Origin: Octopus sinensis
Taxonomy: Eukaryota
DNA length: 64,000 bases
Direction of reading: 5' to 3'
NCBI RefSeq assembly: GCF_006345805.1
Contig: NC_043000.1
Span: 81,096,001 to 81,160,000 of the forward strand
Under the pieces are notes generated by a model. That model saw nothing but the letters and a program-made list of their open reading frames with translations. It was not told the DNA's origin and made no database searches. A program made the position numbers and the translations under genes. Shown here in pieces: positions 1-12,830 of the stretch. Positions within the stretch are counted from its first letter, which is position 1. Every line of letters starts with the position of its first letter.

Positions 1-40
1 CACACACACACACACACACACACACAGATATACAATATAC

Positions 41-192
41 GGCGAGCTTCTTTCAGTTTCCATCTACCAAATCTATTCAAGGCTTTTGTTATCCTGAGAC
101 TAGAGTAGAAGACACTTACCCTAGGTGCCATGCAGAGGGACTGAACCTGAAACCAAGTAGTTGGGAAGCAAGCTTCTTACTACACAGCAACA
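41..192 (-). mobile_element. tRNA-derived CORE-type SINE, head fragment
   Basis: Reverse complement gives a tRNA-like head followed by a CORE-like CCTAGGGTAAGTGTCTTCTACT segment; same family as the copies at 3046, 7440, 13860, 27760 and 60270. Confidence 0.75.
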
Positions 193-861
193 CATATACT
201 TAACATATTTATTTATTCAGTTATTCAAAATCCTTCTATAGATTAGGTATGGCAGGGTGGCTAAGAAGTTTGCTTTGAAACCAAATAGTTTGGGTTTCAG
301 TTCCATTTGTCTAACACTTTGGGTTAATGTCTTCTTCTATGACCCTATACACACACATATATTTATATATAAACATGAGTATACATGCATATTCATACAT
401 ACATATATATGTATATAGGTATATGTAGACACACACACACACATATATACATTTATGCATGCTTTGTGTATGTGCTTTGAGGTGAGAAGTGTGATGAATG
501 CTGAATAAAGAGAAGATGTATCTATTTAAATATTTAAATATAAAATATATATTTATTCCTAATTGAAAAATATATTTATTGAGCATCAAGAAATTCTATC
601 TCATTATTATTATTGCAGCTTTAACAAGTCTTAATCATGAAAATCATTTTGTGCTTATGTTATGTATTTTTATGCTTTTGTTCTACAGCTTTATTAAAGA
701 CAAAATATTGAATACAATTTTATAGTTTCTCATATTTCATCAATGGCATTTATTACTCTAATTTACTTAAAAGTTAATTAACAATGCTTCAAGGAAGTTA
801 AAAATATATAAATGAATGCATGAATGAAATTAGAAACATGATTTCATGTACCATTTGGTTG

Positions 862-975
862 TTGTTGTCATTGTTGCTGGTGGTGGTTGTGGTGGTGGTG
901 GTGGTGGTGGTGGTGGTGGTGGTGGTGGTGGTGGTGGTGGTGGTGGTGGTGGTTGTCATCATCATTGTGGTTGCA
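862..975. repeat. (GGT)n / (GTT)n microsatellite
   Basis: Direct read of about 25 GGT units; produces the poly-Trp ORF in the track. Confidence 0.95.
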
Positions 976-1569
976 GCGTGGTCTCATGATCAGCTATAAT
1001 CCAAGAGACTATAATCAAAGGAGTTCCAATTGTGACCATCCTGGCTGTTATTCAAAGCTAGGCCCAGAACTATATTATTCATAAAGACTATACAATCTGA
1101 TTTCGTGAGATTTGCCTGACTGCTATTTCTAGCAGATGGAGTGATCATATAAAGACTCTGAGAGTTCGCATGTTACCATCGCTGGCCCATCTCACCAAAC
1201 CCACCACCATCCTTTATATTGTCTATAACTTTCACTATTACTCACCTATATTCATCATGCTTGTGTGAGTTGACCAACAAAGATGTTTCTATGCAGTCAC
1301 ATGGCCTGCTAGAAACATCAGCTGAATTACCCTCAAAAACTGGCACACCAGGTAATGTAGTCCTAGTTACACTGTCCAAAACTTAAAATAGATGTGTTGG
1401 TCATAGCTGGAATGTTTTTGATCATAGTCTGCTCATCTACAGCAGACTACCTGGGACTAAACAATAACAGCAGTAAATACATGTGTGTATGTGTGTGTGT
1501 GTGTGTGTGTGTGTATGTATTTCTATATGTATATATTTATATGTCTATATCTTTTATCTTTCATCATTT

Positions 1570-1748
1570 ACTTGTTTCAGTCATGAGACTGTGGCCATGC
1601 TTGGGCACCACCTTCAGGAACTTAGTTGAATGAATCAACCCCGGTACATTTTTTATATTTTGTCAGTTCTTTTGCTGAACTGCTAAGTTACAGGGACGTA
1701 AGCACACTGATACTGGTTATCAAGTGGTGGTGGAGGCAAATACATACA

Positions 1749-1783
<35 letters not shown>

Positions 1784-1903
1784 CAGACTTCTTTCAGTTT
1801 CCATCTGCCAAATCCACTCACAAGTCTCTGGTCAGCCCAAGGCTATAGTAGAAGACACTTGCTGAAGGTGCCATGCAATAGGACTGAATCTGAAACCATG
1901 TGA
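1570..1903 (-). mobile_element. CORE-type SINE with internal (TG)n
   Basis: Tail TTGTTTCAGTCA...GGCCATGCT, middle TTTGCTGAACTGCTAAGTTA, (CA)n, then CORE segment GTAGAAGACACTTGC. Confidence 0.75.
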
Positions 1904-3045
1904 TTCTTTCTCTCCCTCTCTCTCTCTCTCTCTCTCTCCCCTCTCTCTCTCTCTCTCACTATATATAAATATATAAATATTATCTTTGTGGTCACTTTAC
2001 TTGGTTGCTTACTGAGAATTTGGTTTCAAAAACCCAAGAATTCATTGACATAGAAACAGTGTTCATAAAGATGTTTAGACCCAGGCCATCAGTGAGCCAA
2101 CAGGCCTACAATCAAAGGTATGCCAGCTTTGCCTATACCTTTTTTTTTTCTTTTTAGGCATGGTATATCTAGGACTACAGTAGTAAATTGAAATATGTCG
2201 TTTTGTTTTTGTTTTTTTAATATGACAGGATAGGATATGTTCTGAGAGTGTTTTAGTTGTTATTTCTAGCAGATACAATAACTGCATAGTTGGTCTTTCA
2301 TTGGTTCTTTTTCAATACCTTTGTAGTCATTTAGCACTTAGCTGACCATTAATTATAAACAATCTAGCTATGACCATACTGATTTTTAAAGATGTAATCT
2401 AGTGTGTCCTTGATATTTTAAAGACATTATGGTGTCATTTGAAAGTAATTTCGTAACTACTTTTAGCAGGTATTGTAACCACATAGAGATTCCTTTATTG
2501 TCTTAATAAAAACAACACTCATTGGTGTGCTGCACACATTTTTAAACAAATATAATATTGGAAAGCTTGCCGAGGAATTTACAAAAGATTCTGTAGGCTG
2601 TTCTAAGCACAAATAGCCCACTATTTTCATTGTCTTTTATATCCATTATTTTCCTTTCTGCCGTGCATTTCAATGCCCTTACCTTGGTACTGTAAATGAC
2701 AGTAAAGTTATTTTACTATCATTCTCTTCTATTTAGTTTCTGTTGTACTAAAGGTTATAAGTCAAAAATTCTGGATGTAACTGGTTTGAATAAATATTTC
2801 TTTCCTGAAACTCTGCTGGATTTAACCCATTTGAACGTGAAATGGTTAAATACAGAAGTTTGATAAAACTATTTCATGAAAATAATATGCCTTGAGTTTG
2901 TTTGAAATTATATTTCCAATGATAAATTCCAGTTTTAGCCTTTTTGAATGTAAAGAGATTAATAACAGAAGTTTAATAAAACTGTTTAATAAATGTAACA
3001 TGAGTGGAGTTTGTTTGGAATTATATTTGTCAAAGATATATAGAT

Positions 3046-3480
3046 GCAGGTATGGCTGTGTGGTAAGAACTTTACTTCCCAACCACAAGGTTCCAGGTCC
3101 AGTCCCACTCTGTGGCACCTTGAGCGAGTGTCTTCTACTTTAGCCTTGGGTCAACCAAAGCCTTGTGAGTGGATTTTGTAGATGGAAACTGAAAGAAGCC
3201 TGTCATACATACACACACACATGTAGCTTTGTATGTGTGTATGTGTGTGTGTGTGTGTGTGTCTTTGTGTCTGTGTTTGCCCTCCCCCACCACTTGACAA
3301 GCAGTATTGGTTTGTTTACATCCCTGTAACTTTGCAGTTTGGCCAAAGAGTTCAAGAGAAAAAGTACCAGGCTTAAAAACACAAAATGAGTACTGGGGTT
3401 GAATCATTCAACTAAAGGGTTCTTCAAGGTGTTGCCCCAATATGGCTGCAGTCTAATGACTGAAACAAGTAAAAGGTAAA
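3046..3480 (+). mobile_element. Full-length tRNA-derived CORE-type SINE
   Basis: A-box TGGCTGTGTGG, B-box-like GGTCCAGTCC, CORE-like GGCACCTTGAGCGAGTGTCTTCT, internal (TG)n, and tail GCAGTCTAATGACTGAAACAAG. Confidence 0.85.
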
Positions 3481-3899
3481 ACATATATGATTACTGTTTA
3501 CGGGTAATTGTTTTAATGAATGAGGGAGACTGAAAGGGGCCATATGATTTGTTGGGCATAGAAACCAGATTTCCTTCAAATCAGGCACTACCACTTTAAA
3601 ACAGGAAGGATACATTGATTTGTAGTTCTTGATATATGGCTGAATAAAACATGGGATGGTCATAGCCAAAATGTCTTTAACAAGTCTGCAGGACTGAGGT
3701 TGGCCTGGGGCTAAACAGCAGCAACTCCATACCATTGAGAAAATCTCAATGTGGTTGCTTGACTTGCTATAAATAGCAAATAAACTTCCCTCAAATCACA
3801 TCCCATTATCTTAAAAACATTCTATAAGATTATGAGATGTCATCATCGTCATCATTTTTATGTTCATTTTACTTTGGATCAACAGCTCTCCAACATACC

Positions 3900-5330
3900 T
3901 GATTGACAGATACATGATGAGCAACAAAACCACCACCCGATCTTTAATAGATTGGAATGGGCATGTGCTACTTGGTTTCAAACAGGGGTGTGCAGCTTTC
4001 CATTTGCACTTTATTCAACTGTTTGGGGAAGGTGGTAGGCTGGAGACAGCAGTGGGTTTAGTGGCCACATCATTAGCCTGCCACAGTTCTTGGCACAAGA
4101 TGTAAGATGTTGTGTAGAGTTAAGAAAAATAAGGCAATGGGAGTATGAGAGGCAATGAGCACTTGCACACAGCACAAATCACACAGTTTGGATTGTTTGA
4201 CCTTTGAATTTTATGAACTCAAGTCAAATTTGTTTGGTGACCTTTAGTAGATGTTTACAGCAACTGTCAGCAGAAAGGGAAGGATCTTAGATCACTTAGC
4301 TGGAGAGTGATAATGCAACTGAAAAATGACACTGATGCCGACAATTTTCAGTCCATAACTCAGCTAAACACAGACTCTAAAAATTTGGCCAAGGTGTTAG
4401 CATAAAGGATGGTGCTTCTTGTTTGTGGTCTGGTCATGCGAGTGCAAATGTGCACAAGCCTGAACAGTTCCATCCAAGACAACCTTTATCTTTTGTTGTG
4501 ATACATAATAGAGGAAGCTTTGGGAACAAAGCTAGCTTTCGTGGCCATGAATCAATTTAGATCAGTTGAAAGCTTTCACTAGGGTTAGCTGTTGTTATTT
4601 GGAAGCTGTCCAGAAAGCAGCTGGACTCCAAACCATTTTCAGGGGCTGAATTTCTGTAGTGCACCTCAGCACCTATTTGGTGTTCAAAATGAGTGGCTCC
4701 CTTTCAGAACCATTTTGCATTACACATTCATTCCAAAAGTGTTGCTCCCTCTCACTCCTTTTGGACATGGTGGCTCTTGAACCACTGCTGCAGAATGTTT
4801 GAGGAACATCCCTTTCAAACTGGAATCTAAGATGGCTGTGTCAGATGCCATGAAGGCAGAGACAGCCAGCACCATTTCAAAGGAATGTGAGATGGCAACA
4901 GATACTGAGATATATTTGACCAACTTGAGTTATCTCAAACAGCTGCTGTCACAAGTAAGGTGGATCTGATTATCAGCCAAGTCCGTTATGGTGATTGTTT
5001 AACTGCTCTCCTAGCAGAAGAAACAGTAGGGAAGGCACTCAGGCAGAAAAGGCAGTTTTCTTCTGTCTGGCAGCTATGGTGAAAGAAGTTGTGTAGAGAA
5101 TAAGGTCCAAAGGTCTGCGGAAAGAAACTTTCCTCATTGGTAGAGCCCTCACCAACTTTTACAAGTTTAAGTTGAAAAGAAAGGTGAGAGTGGAGAGGGA
5201 GATGATGTCCTCAAATGAATTTATTGAAAGTCAGACAAAAGTAGCAAAAATGACAAGAGTGGATGTAGCTAGTAAGCCAGAAAATAACTACTGGAGATAG
5301 TTCTTTCCTCTTTTGTTCAAAATGGTTTTA
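3900..5330 (+). mobile_element. Degenerate L1/Tx1-clade LINE reverse transcriptase relic
   Basis: Piecewise translation gives KSHSLDCLTFEFY (SPGxDGLxxEFY motif), DNFQSITQLNTDSKNLAKVLA (NxRPIxLLNxDxKILAKVLA motif) and SIQDNL, with many stops and frameshifts. Confidence 0.7.
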
Positions 5331-5544
5331 GCTCTGTGAGGTTATTCAGCTGGCCCTAGATGGGGGCCCTCCTGTATTGGGAGTTGGGGCAGGGGGGCTG
5401 CTGCTTCATTATCTTTCATCATATGTATACTATGCATATTCGTATTTTATATTTTGTCCCCCTCATTGTAAAACCCCACACTTTGTACAGGCCTTTGTTA
5501 TTGTTCCTCTCATCAATCACCATGGTAGCGAATAAAAGAAATTA

Positions 5545-5557
5545 ACATCATCATCAC

Positions 5558-5610
<53 letters not shown>
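5545..5610. repeat. (CAT)n microsatellite
   Basis: Direct read. Confidence 0.95.
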
Positions 5611-6353
5611 GGGGACAATAAAAGCCATTAATGTTTGATTTATTTCACTGAATTAACGATATTGATTTTATATTAGTTTTTAAATCAACATGAGAATCAA
5701 CTTAAGCGAAAATTGCTCACCGCCACTTTTGGAAACTTCCTCTGCCGACAATAATTTCTTAGATGTAATGACACACCATTAATTCTAATGTTGATTATTC
5801 TTACTTAATATTTCATGTAGAAATGTTTTCCAATTGGTTCACAAAATTGTAATATTTGCATAATTCACTAAGCTTTTCATGGCCAGCTTTTTCTTCCTTA
5901 ACAACAATAGAACTCTATCTAAAAATGCTACAATGTAAATAGAATTCAGCTATTCAACATAAGTGATGGGTCTTCAGTGTTTGGTTTTTGTGTTCTTGTA
6001 ATAATTTATTTTCAAGAATTTTATTAATTTTCCTCATTTGTTTTGTACTGGCTCATCAATTTATACCATATTTGAGGAGAAGCAAAGTGACCTAATGGAT
6101 AGTGTGGTGAGCTGTCTGCTCACTTGTTTCAGGTTCAAATCTTCAAGAATAGTTGCATAACTTAAAACTTTGTTTTGAAACCACATAGTCTTCGCTCTGA
6201 CCCCACTGTACAGCCAATTGTCTTTTACTGTAGCCTTACATTGACCAATATATATATATATTGGTCAACGTGTGTGTGTGTGTGTATAAATTGTCAGTAG
6301 TCCGTATATCCAAAAAAGAAGCACACTTTAAAGCATTAGAGCAGTAATATAGT

Positions 6354-6596
6354 TTTTAGGAAGTTAAAAGTTATGGTCAGTTATGGAGTGACCATTGCTT
6401 TCACACCTATAAAGTGCTTAGCAGTGTAGGTGACACATCAGACTCAAATGGCCAAAGGTGCTCACCCTCTCCAGTCCGAATGAGGTCATGTGCTTTCAGC
6501 CATTTGAGTCTGATGAGCTGCCTATACTGTTAAGCACTTTATAGGTACAAAACTAATGGTCACTCTATGACAAGCCATAACTTATAACTTCCTAAA

Positions 6597-6597
<1 letters not shown>
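6354..6597. repeat. Foldback element: ~99-bp imperfect inverted arms, 46-bp spacer
   Basis: Inner 17 bp are perfect (CATCAGACTCAAATGGC / GCCATTTGAGTCTGATG); outer ends TTTTAGGAAGTT / AACTTCCTAAAA. Confidence 0.85.
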
Positions 6598-6639
<42 letters not shown>

Positions 6640-6915
6640 TACATACATACATACAAAATACATATATATGACGTATGTATGTATATACATACATACATAC
6701 ATACATACATACATACAAAATACATACATATATATATAATGTATGTATGTATGTATTTATATATATAGATAGATAGATAGATAGATAGATAGACGGATAG
6801 GTAGATAGATAGATAGATAGATAGACAGATAGATACATATATACATACATACATACAAAATACATACATACATACAATGTATGTATGTATGTCAATTATG
6901 TGTATATATATATAT
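6598..6915. repeat. Compound (TACA)n/(TA)n/(GATA)n microsatellite
   Basis: Direct read. Confidence 0.95.
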
Positions 6916-7223
6916 GGAGGAGGAGACCCCTTTGATCATGAATGACCTTGGGATTGCATGTAGAAGGTTACCCTCCAAGGCACAAGTCCAGGCAAGGTTA
7001 TTTATGGAAGGCAAGCAGTCGCCTCCCCTCTCTAGACCACTGATGTTATCCAAGGGAAAGGCAAAAGCCAATACAGCTTGACACCTGTGATGTCGCAACC
7101 CATTTCTACAGCTGAGTTAACTGGAGCAATATGAAATAAAGTGTCTTGTTCAAGAACACTTTTGTCTGGGAATCAAACTCACAACCTCACAATCGTAAGC
7201 TTGACGCTCTAACCACTGAGCCA
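6916..7223 (-). mobile_element. tRNA-headed SINE with probable RTE-type 3' tail
   Basis: Minus strand reads GGCTCAGTGGTTAGAGCGTC...GAGTTTGATTCCCAG (A and B boxes), then a central domain and a GCCTTTCCCTTGGATAACATC tail. The tail assignment is inferred. Confidence 0.65.
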
Positions 7224-7439
7224 TTATATATATATATATATATATACATCGTCATTTAGTGTCCATTTTCCATGTTGGCATTGGTTAGTTGGTTTGGTAG
7301 GAAATGGTAAGTTGGAGATTTGCACCAGGTTCCAGTCTGTTTTGGTTTGGTTTCTATGGCTGGATGCCCTTCCTAATGCCAATCACTCCACAGAATGTAT
7401 CAGGTGCCTTTTACATGTTACTAGCTTATATTTACTCTT

Positions 7440-7646
7440 TTACTCTTTTCAGTCATTTGACTGTGGCCATGCAGGAGCACCACCTTTTAGTCAAGCAAAT
7501 CGATCCCAGGACTTATTCTTTGTAAGCCTAGTACTTATTCTATTGGTCTCTTTTGCCAAACCACTAAGTTATGGGGACGTAAACACATCAGTATCGGTTG
7601 TCAAGCGATGTTGGGGGTGGGGACAAACATAGACACACAAACATAT

Positions 7647-7686
<40 letters not shown>

Positions 7687-7860
7687 GCATATATACAACG
7701 ACTTCTTTCAGTTTCCGTCTACCAAATCCACTCACAAGGCTTTGGTCAGCCCGAGGCTATAGTAGAAGACACTTGTCCAAGGTGCCACGCAGTGGGACTG
7801 TACCCAGAAACATGTGGTTCGTTTGCAAGCTACTTACCACACAGCCACTCCTACGCCTAT
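7440..7860 (-). mobile_element. Full-length CORE-type SINE
   Basis: Same family as 3046-3480 in reverse orientation, with internal (CA)n(TA)n. Confidence 0.85.
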
Positions 7861-8130
7861 ATATATATAGATATATATATACGTTGTGTGTGTGTGTGTC
7901 TTTGTGTCTGTGTTTGTCCCCCCACAACTGCTTGACAACCAGTGTTGGTGTGTTTACTTCCCCATAACCTAGCAGTTCAGCAAAATAGAACAACTGATAG
8001 AATAAGTACTAAGTTTAACAAAAAACAAAACCAAAAAAGTACTGTGGTCAATTATTCAAGGTGATGCTCTAGTATGGCCACAGTCTAATGACTGAAACAA
8101 GTATTAAAAAAAGGTGAGTGTGTGTATGTG

Positions 8131-8173
<43 letters not shown>

Positions 8174-8670
8174 TCATCATCATTTAGCATCCATATTTCA
8201 TACTGGCATGGGTTGGATGATCTGAGAGACCAGAAAACTGTGTTGAGCTCCAATACCTGTTTGGCATGGCTTCTAGACATGCACACACACATGGTATCTA
8301 CTACATGTACATGTGTATGGCCTTCAAAATGGTCAAATTGTTACAGTGTTGGAGAAATTGCTTTACACTGTTCATTCTGGATCATTTCCCTCTGGGTTCA
8401 AATACGACTGAGGTGAAATTTGCTTTCCATCCTAGGTTGATAAAATTCCAGTCTCGTATAAACTGATTCTTCTCTTTCTTTCTGACTGCCTGTCTGTCTC
8501 TCTCTCTTTTGCTCTTTTTTTCTTTCTTTATTGCTGGAAGCAATTGGCTGTGAACAGATTTGAAATGAGATGGATATTGTCAGGTCCCAAAACATCCAAC
8601 ATATATTGTATGTCCCAACAAGACATCTACAATCCATCAGGATTTGAAGGCCCATACACACACACACATA

Positions 8671-8713
<43 letters not shown>

Positions 8714-8957
8714 TGCTTAGAGAAAAAGAAACGAAACGAAACGAATCGAATATATGTATATATATATGCATGGTGTTTTCATCCAAAATGGAGACGAGCA
8801 CAATTCTTCCATGTGATTAGTTTAAAAAGTTAAGATAATAAAATATTTTTCTTGACATGAAATTAATGGTAGCCTTAACACACAAAGAAAGAAATTTTAT
8901 CTCCCAAAGTGGTGTTGAGCATTCATTATCATCATTTCACATTTTTAAGTACATATA

Positions 8958-9004
<47 letters not shown>

Positions 9005-9814
9005 TGTTGATAATAAGGAGAATGATGAATTTGAACATTCAAACTTTATGTTTATTTACTGTTCATTTACTCATAATAATTCTCCGACACATGTTTTGAT
9101 TGCCTTAATTGCATATTGTTGCATATTTATATGTAGCAGTTTTTGCATTATTTGTACAATCTCTTCAGGGTGTATAAATACAACATTTTTGAATGTCATA
9201 TTACATAAAGAATATAGAATCATTCAAAGGAAAAGTGTTCTATAAATAACCACTCCACAATAGACCAGGAAAATTTGTCAACTTTAACAAGTGCTGCTGC
9301 TGGTGCTGCTGAATTTTACCCAAACAATCATTTGTGAAAAACAGCACATCGATGAATATCATGGTTTTCTACTTCCTGCTACCAAGCCCAATTCAAACTA
9401 ATAATGGAGGAAAATTCCTCTTCAAACAATGTCATATTTATACATATTTATGTCATATTTATGAAGAGATCATACTAATAATGCATAAACCACTGCATAT
9501 GAATATGCAACAATATGCAATTAATGCAATCAAAACACGTGTTGGACAATTATTATGAATAAACCAACTATAAATAAACATGCTCCTTATTATCAATATT
9601 GTACTTTACAAGTAAGCAGGAAAAACTGTAACATCGGATGGGAGTTAAAGGAAATTTACCGTAAAATGCACCATTTGAAGGAACCAGCCTTGGCATTTTA
9701 CATAGAGAAATTCGGTTTCTGCCTGGATATTATATCCCACCTCCTACTATATATATATATATATATGACAGGCTTTCAATTTCCATCTATATATACATGT
9801 GTATATACATACAC

Positions 9815-9857
9815 ATATCTATAGAGATAGATAGATAGAGATTGATAGATAGCTACC

Positions 9858-9935
<78 letters not shown>

Positions 9936-10054
9936 GGTAAGTAGGTAGATAAGTAGGTAGGTAGGTAGGCAGGCAGGCAAGTAGGCAGACAGACAGACAG
10001 ACATATGCATGCACACTCACACACACACATATGTGCATGCACATTCATGCACAG

Positions 10055-10085
<31 letters not shown>
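9815..10085. repeat. (GATA)n/(GGTA)n/(CA)n microsatellite cluster
   Basis: Direct read. Confidence 0.95.
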
Positions 10086-10087
<2 letters not shown>

Positions 10088-10244
10088 AAATAAGTTGACA
10101 AAGAAAGGGTTTAGCACATTTCTAATAACCAATTACATTTGTTTTGGTACCACTCTGTTTTTAATGCCATTGCACATAAAAAGTTCCATGTGAAAAGTTA
10201 CATAACACTTGCAATTTTAAACACTAGAGAGGCACTTCATTAGG

Positions 10245-10605
10245 CTTACATCAAAAGGTGCACCCTTACATAGTATTCATAAGCGGAAAGTGTAACCTCT
10301 CGAAAGAGCTGTTCTTCACTCCTGCTCCAGAGCGTCGGCTGCGGAGTCACTCCGAAAAGTTCTATCTGCGACAATTTCATCTCAATCGAAGGAGAGAGGC
10401 TTTCTCCATCCAGGTTGCGGATCCATGGAATAAGCTGCCAGACGAGATAGTGAAGATGCCGATGACCGCTCAGTTCAAAGTCGCTCTTGACCAAAAATGG
10501 CCTGAACTCTTTGCATGAACACCCTCCCTGTACATAACTCCATGTCCCCCTACATGGCCTTGCTTTTTGCTTTTTGAGACAAAAAATTAACTTAACTTAA
10601 CATAA
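10245..10605 (+). mobile_element. CR1/L2-type LINE 3' end
   Basis: ORF 10258-10518 encodes RLRSHSEKF...RREAFSIQVADPWNKLPDEIV...FKVALD, the typical CR1/L2 ORF2 C-terminus, followed by a (TTAAC)n-like tail. Confidence 0.8.
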
Positions 10606-10816
10606 CTTACTCATTTGTTTTTTTACTTGTTTCAGTCATTTGACTGGGGCCATGCTGGGGCACCACCTTTAGTCAAGCAAATTGAACCTAGGACTTATTC
10701 TTTGTAAGTCTAGTACTTATTCTATCAGTCCCTTTTGCTGAACCACTAAGTTATGGGGACGTAAACACACGAGCATCAGTTATCAAGCAATGTTAGGGGA
10801 CAAACAGAGACACACA

Positions 10817-10930
<114 letters not shown>

Positions 10931-10980
10931 GTATATATACTATACATACATATAAACATATACATATATACATATATATA

Positions 10981-11345
10981 TCATCATCATCACCGTTTAA
11001 CGTCTGCTTTCTATGCTAGCATGGGGTGGATGATTTAACTAAGGTCTGGTGAACCAGACTCCAGTCTGATCTGGCAGAGTTTCTACAGATGGATGCCCTT
11101 CCTAACACCAACCACTCCAAGAGTGTAGTGGTTGCTTTTATGTGCCACTGGCACAAGGGCCAGTTAGGTGGTACTGGCAACGGCCATGCTCAAATGGTGC
11201 TTTTTATGTGCCACCTGCACCGTCCAGTAGCACTGGCAATGACCTCGCTTGAATGTTTTTTCACGTGCCCCCAGCACAAGTGCTAGTAAGGTGATGCAGG
11301 TAACAATCACGCTCGAATGGTGTTTTTAACATGCCATCGACCCGT
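10981..11345 (-). mobile_element. RTE LINE 3'UTR fragment
   Basis: CATCATCAT...TTTAACGTCTGCTTTCTATGCTAGCATGG matches the 3' end of the element at 17243; adjoins a long (TA)n tract. Confidence 0.85.
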
Positions 11346-11889
11346 ATGTATGTATACAATGGGCTTCTTTCAATTCACGTCTACCAAATCTACTCAAAAG
11401 ACTTTGATTGGCCCAAAGCTACAGTAGAAGACACTTGCCCAAGGTGTCACACAGTGGGACTGAACCCAGATCCATGTGGTTTGTAAGCAAGCAACTTACC
11501 ACACAGCCGTATTATGTAAGAAAATCAGATATATTCTAAAACATGGGAAATGATTCTGATATTATCATTTTAAATATTGATCAATCATTAACAGTTTTGA
11601 TAAATTCCCTTACCAAATCTGTGAAAGTTGGTTTTAATTTCTGTTAATTTCTCATTATTGTTTTGTTTTGTTTTATCTTACATACTTCTTGAAATTTATT
11701 TTATTTATTATTACAGGGGAAAATAAGATGATAAATTCCTTTATGACATTTCTTTATAATTAATTATTGTAACAATAGACATTTTGTCATGATGTTAAAT
11801 AAATTTTGGGGCCTGAACAACCAAACTATCAGTATTTCAAACTATTTAGATCTTATCAGCCACGATGAAACCAAAGACACAATAGTAGC

Positions 11890-11924
<35 letters not shown>

Positions 11925-12593
11925 GATCATCCAGCTAGATAAAAGCTTTAGAATTTGGTCTTTGCACTTCACTCATATTTATTTTAAAGTTTTAATGACT
12001 TAGTTAGGAGGTAGGGACATTGTCCATAACCTAAACTAGTGAAATTAATGTGGTTAATATCAGTTTAAACAATTTATATCAACAATTGCAGGAGAAAATG
12101 TAGAGTGTAAATAAATTACACAAATTCATGTTCTGGGAGTGGTGGTGGGGGGAATAAAAAATGGGAGAAATGATTAATACTGGTTCTTAGGAATGAATCA
12201 CAGTATGTGATAGGGATTATGGTGGATATGGGCAGATGTAGTTTGTAATTAATTTGCAGCAGAATAGTGGTGAGAGAATATGAGCAATAGTATATTAGTG
12301 ATAGTATGATAGTAAAGGAGTTCTAATGGTAGAGTAGTAGTAACAGAATTGCAGTGGTAAAATACTAGTGATAGAAAAATGAGATAGTATAGTAGTGATT
12401 AAATAGTGTTATAGTGTAGTAGTGATTGAATTGTGTAATAGGGTAATAGTGAAAAAATAATAGCAATAAATGAATAGTGATAACATACTTACAATACAAT
12501 AGCAGTGATAAAATTAGCAGTGATAGAGTAAGCTGAATGAAGAACAGTGCCTCTATGTTTACCTACATACGCATGCACATGCCCGCACACACG

Positions 12594-12650
<57 letters not shown>

Positions 12651-12755
12651 CACACACACACACACATGTATGCTACATACATGCATACATACTCTTAAGG
12701 ATTTACCTTTTGGTTATTTTTTCATTAATTGATATGAAACAATGTCATTACTCAC

Positions 12756-12830
12756 CTGTGACCACATCACCAATCACTTTGTAGTGTATATGAGACCACA
12801 TATACCACAGTTCGATGCAAGTAACTAAAA
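12756..12830 (-). CDS. Candidate small exon of an unidentified minus-strand transcript
   Basis: Acceptor TTCTTAG/TTCTTCAG with branch-like TGCTAAAC; donor CAG|GTGAGT; 75 nt with one open frame, LVTCIELWYMWSHIHYKVIGDVVT. No homolog recognised. Confidence 0.35.

Noticed and set aside
6509-6530. CTGATGAG as an intact hammerhead (also at 45037)
   Set aside because: No stem II followed by GAAA and no cleavage triplet downstream.
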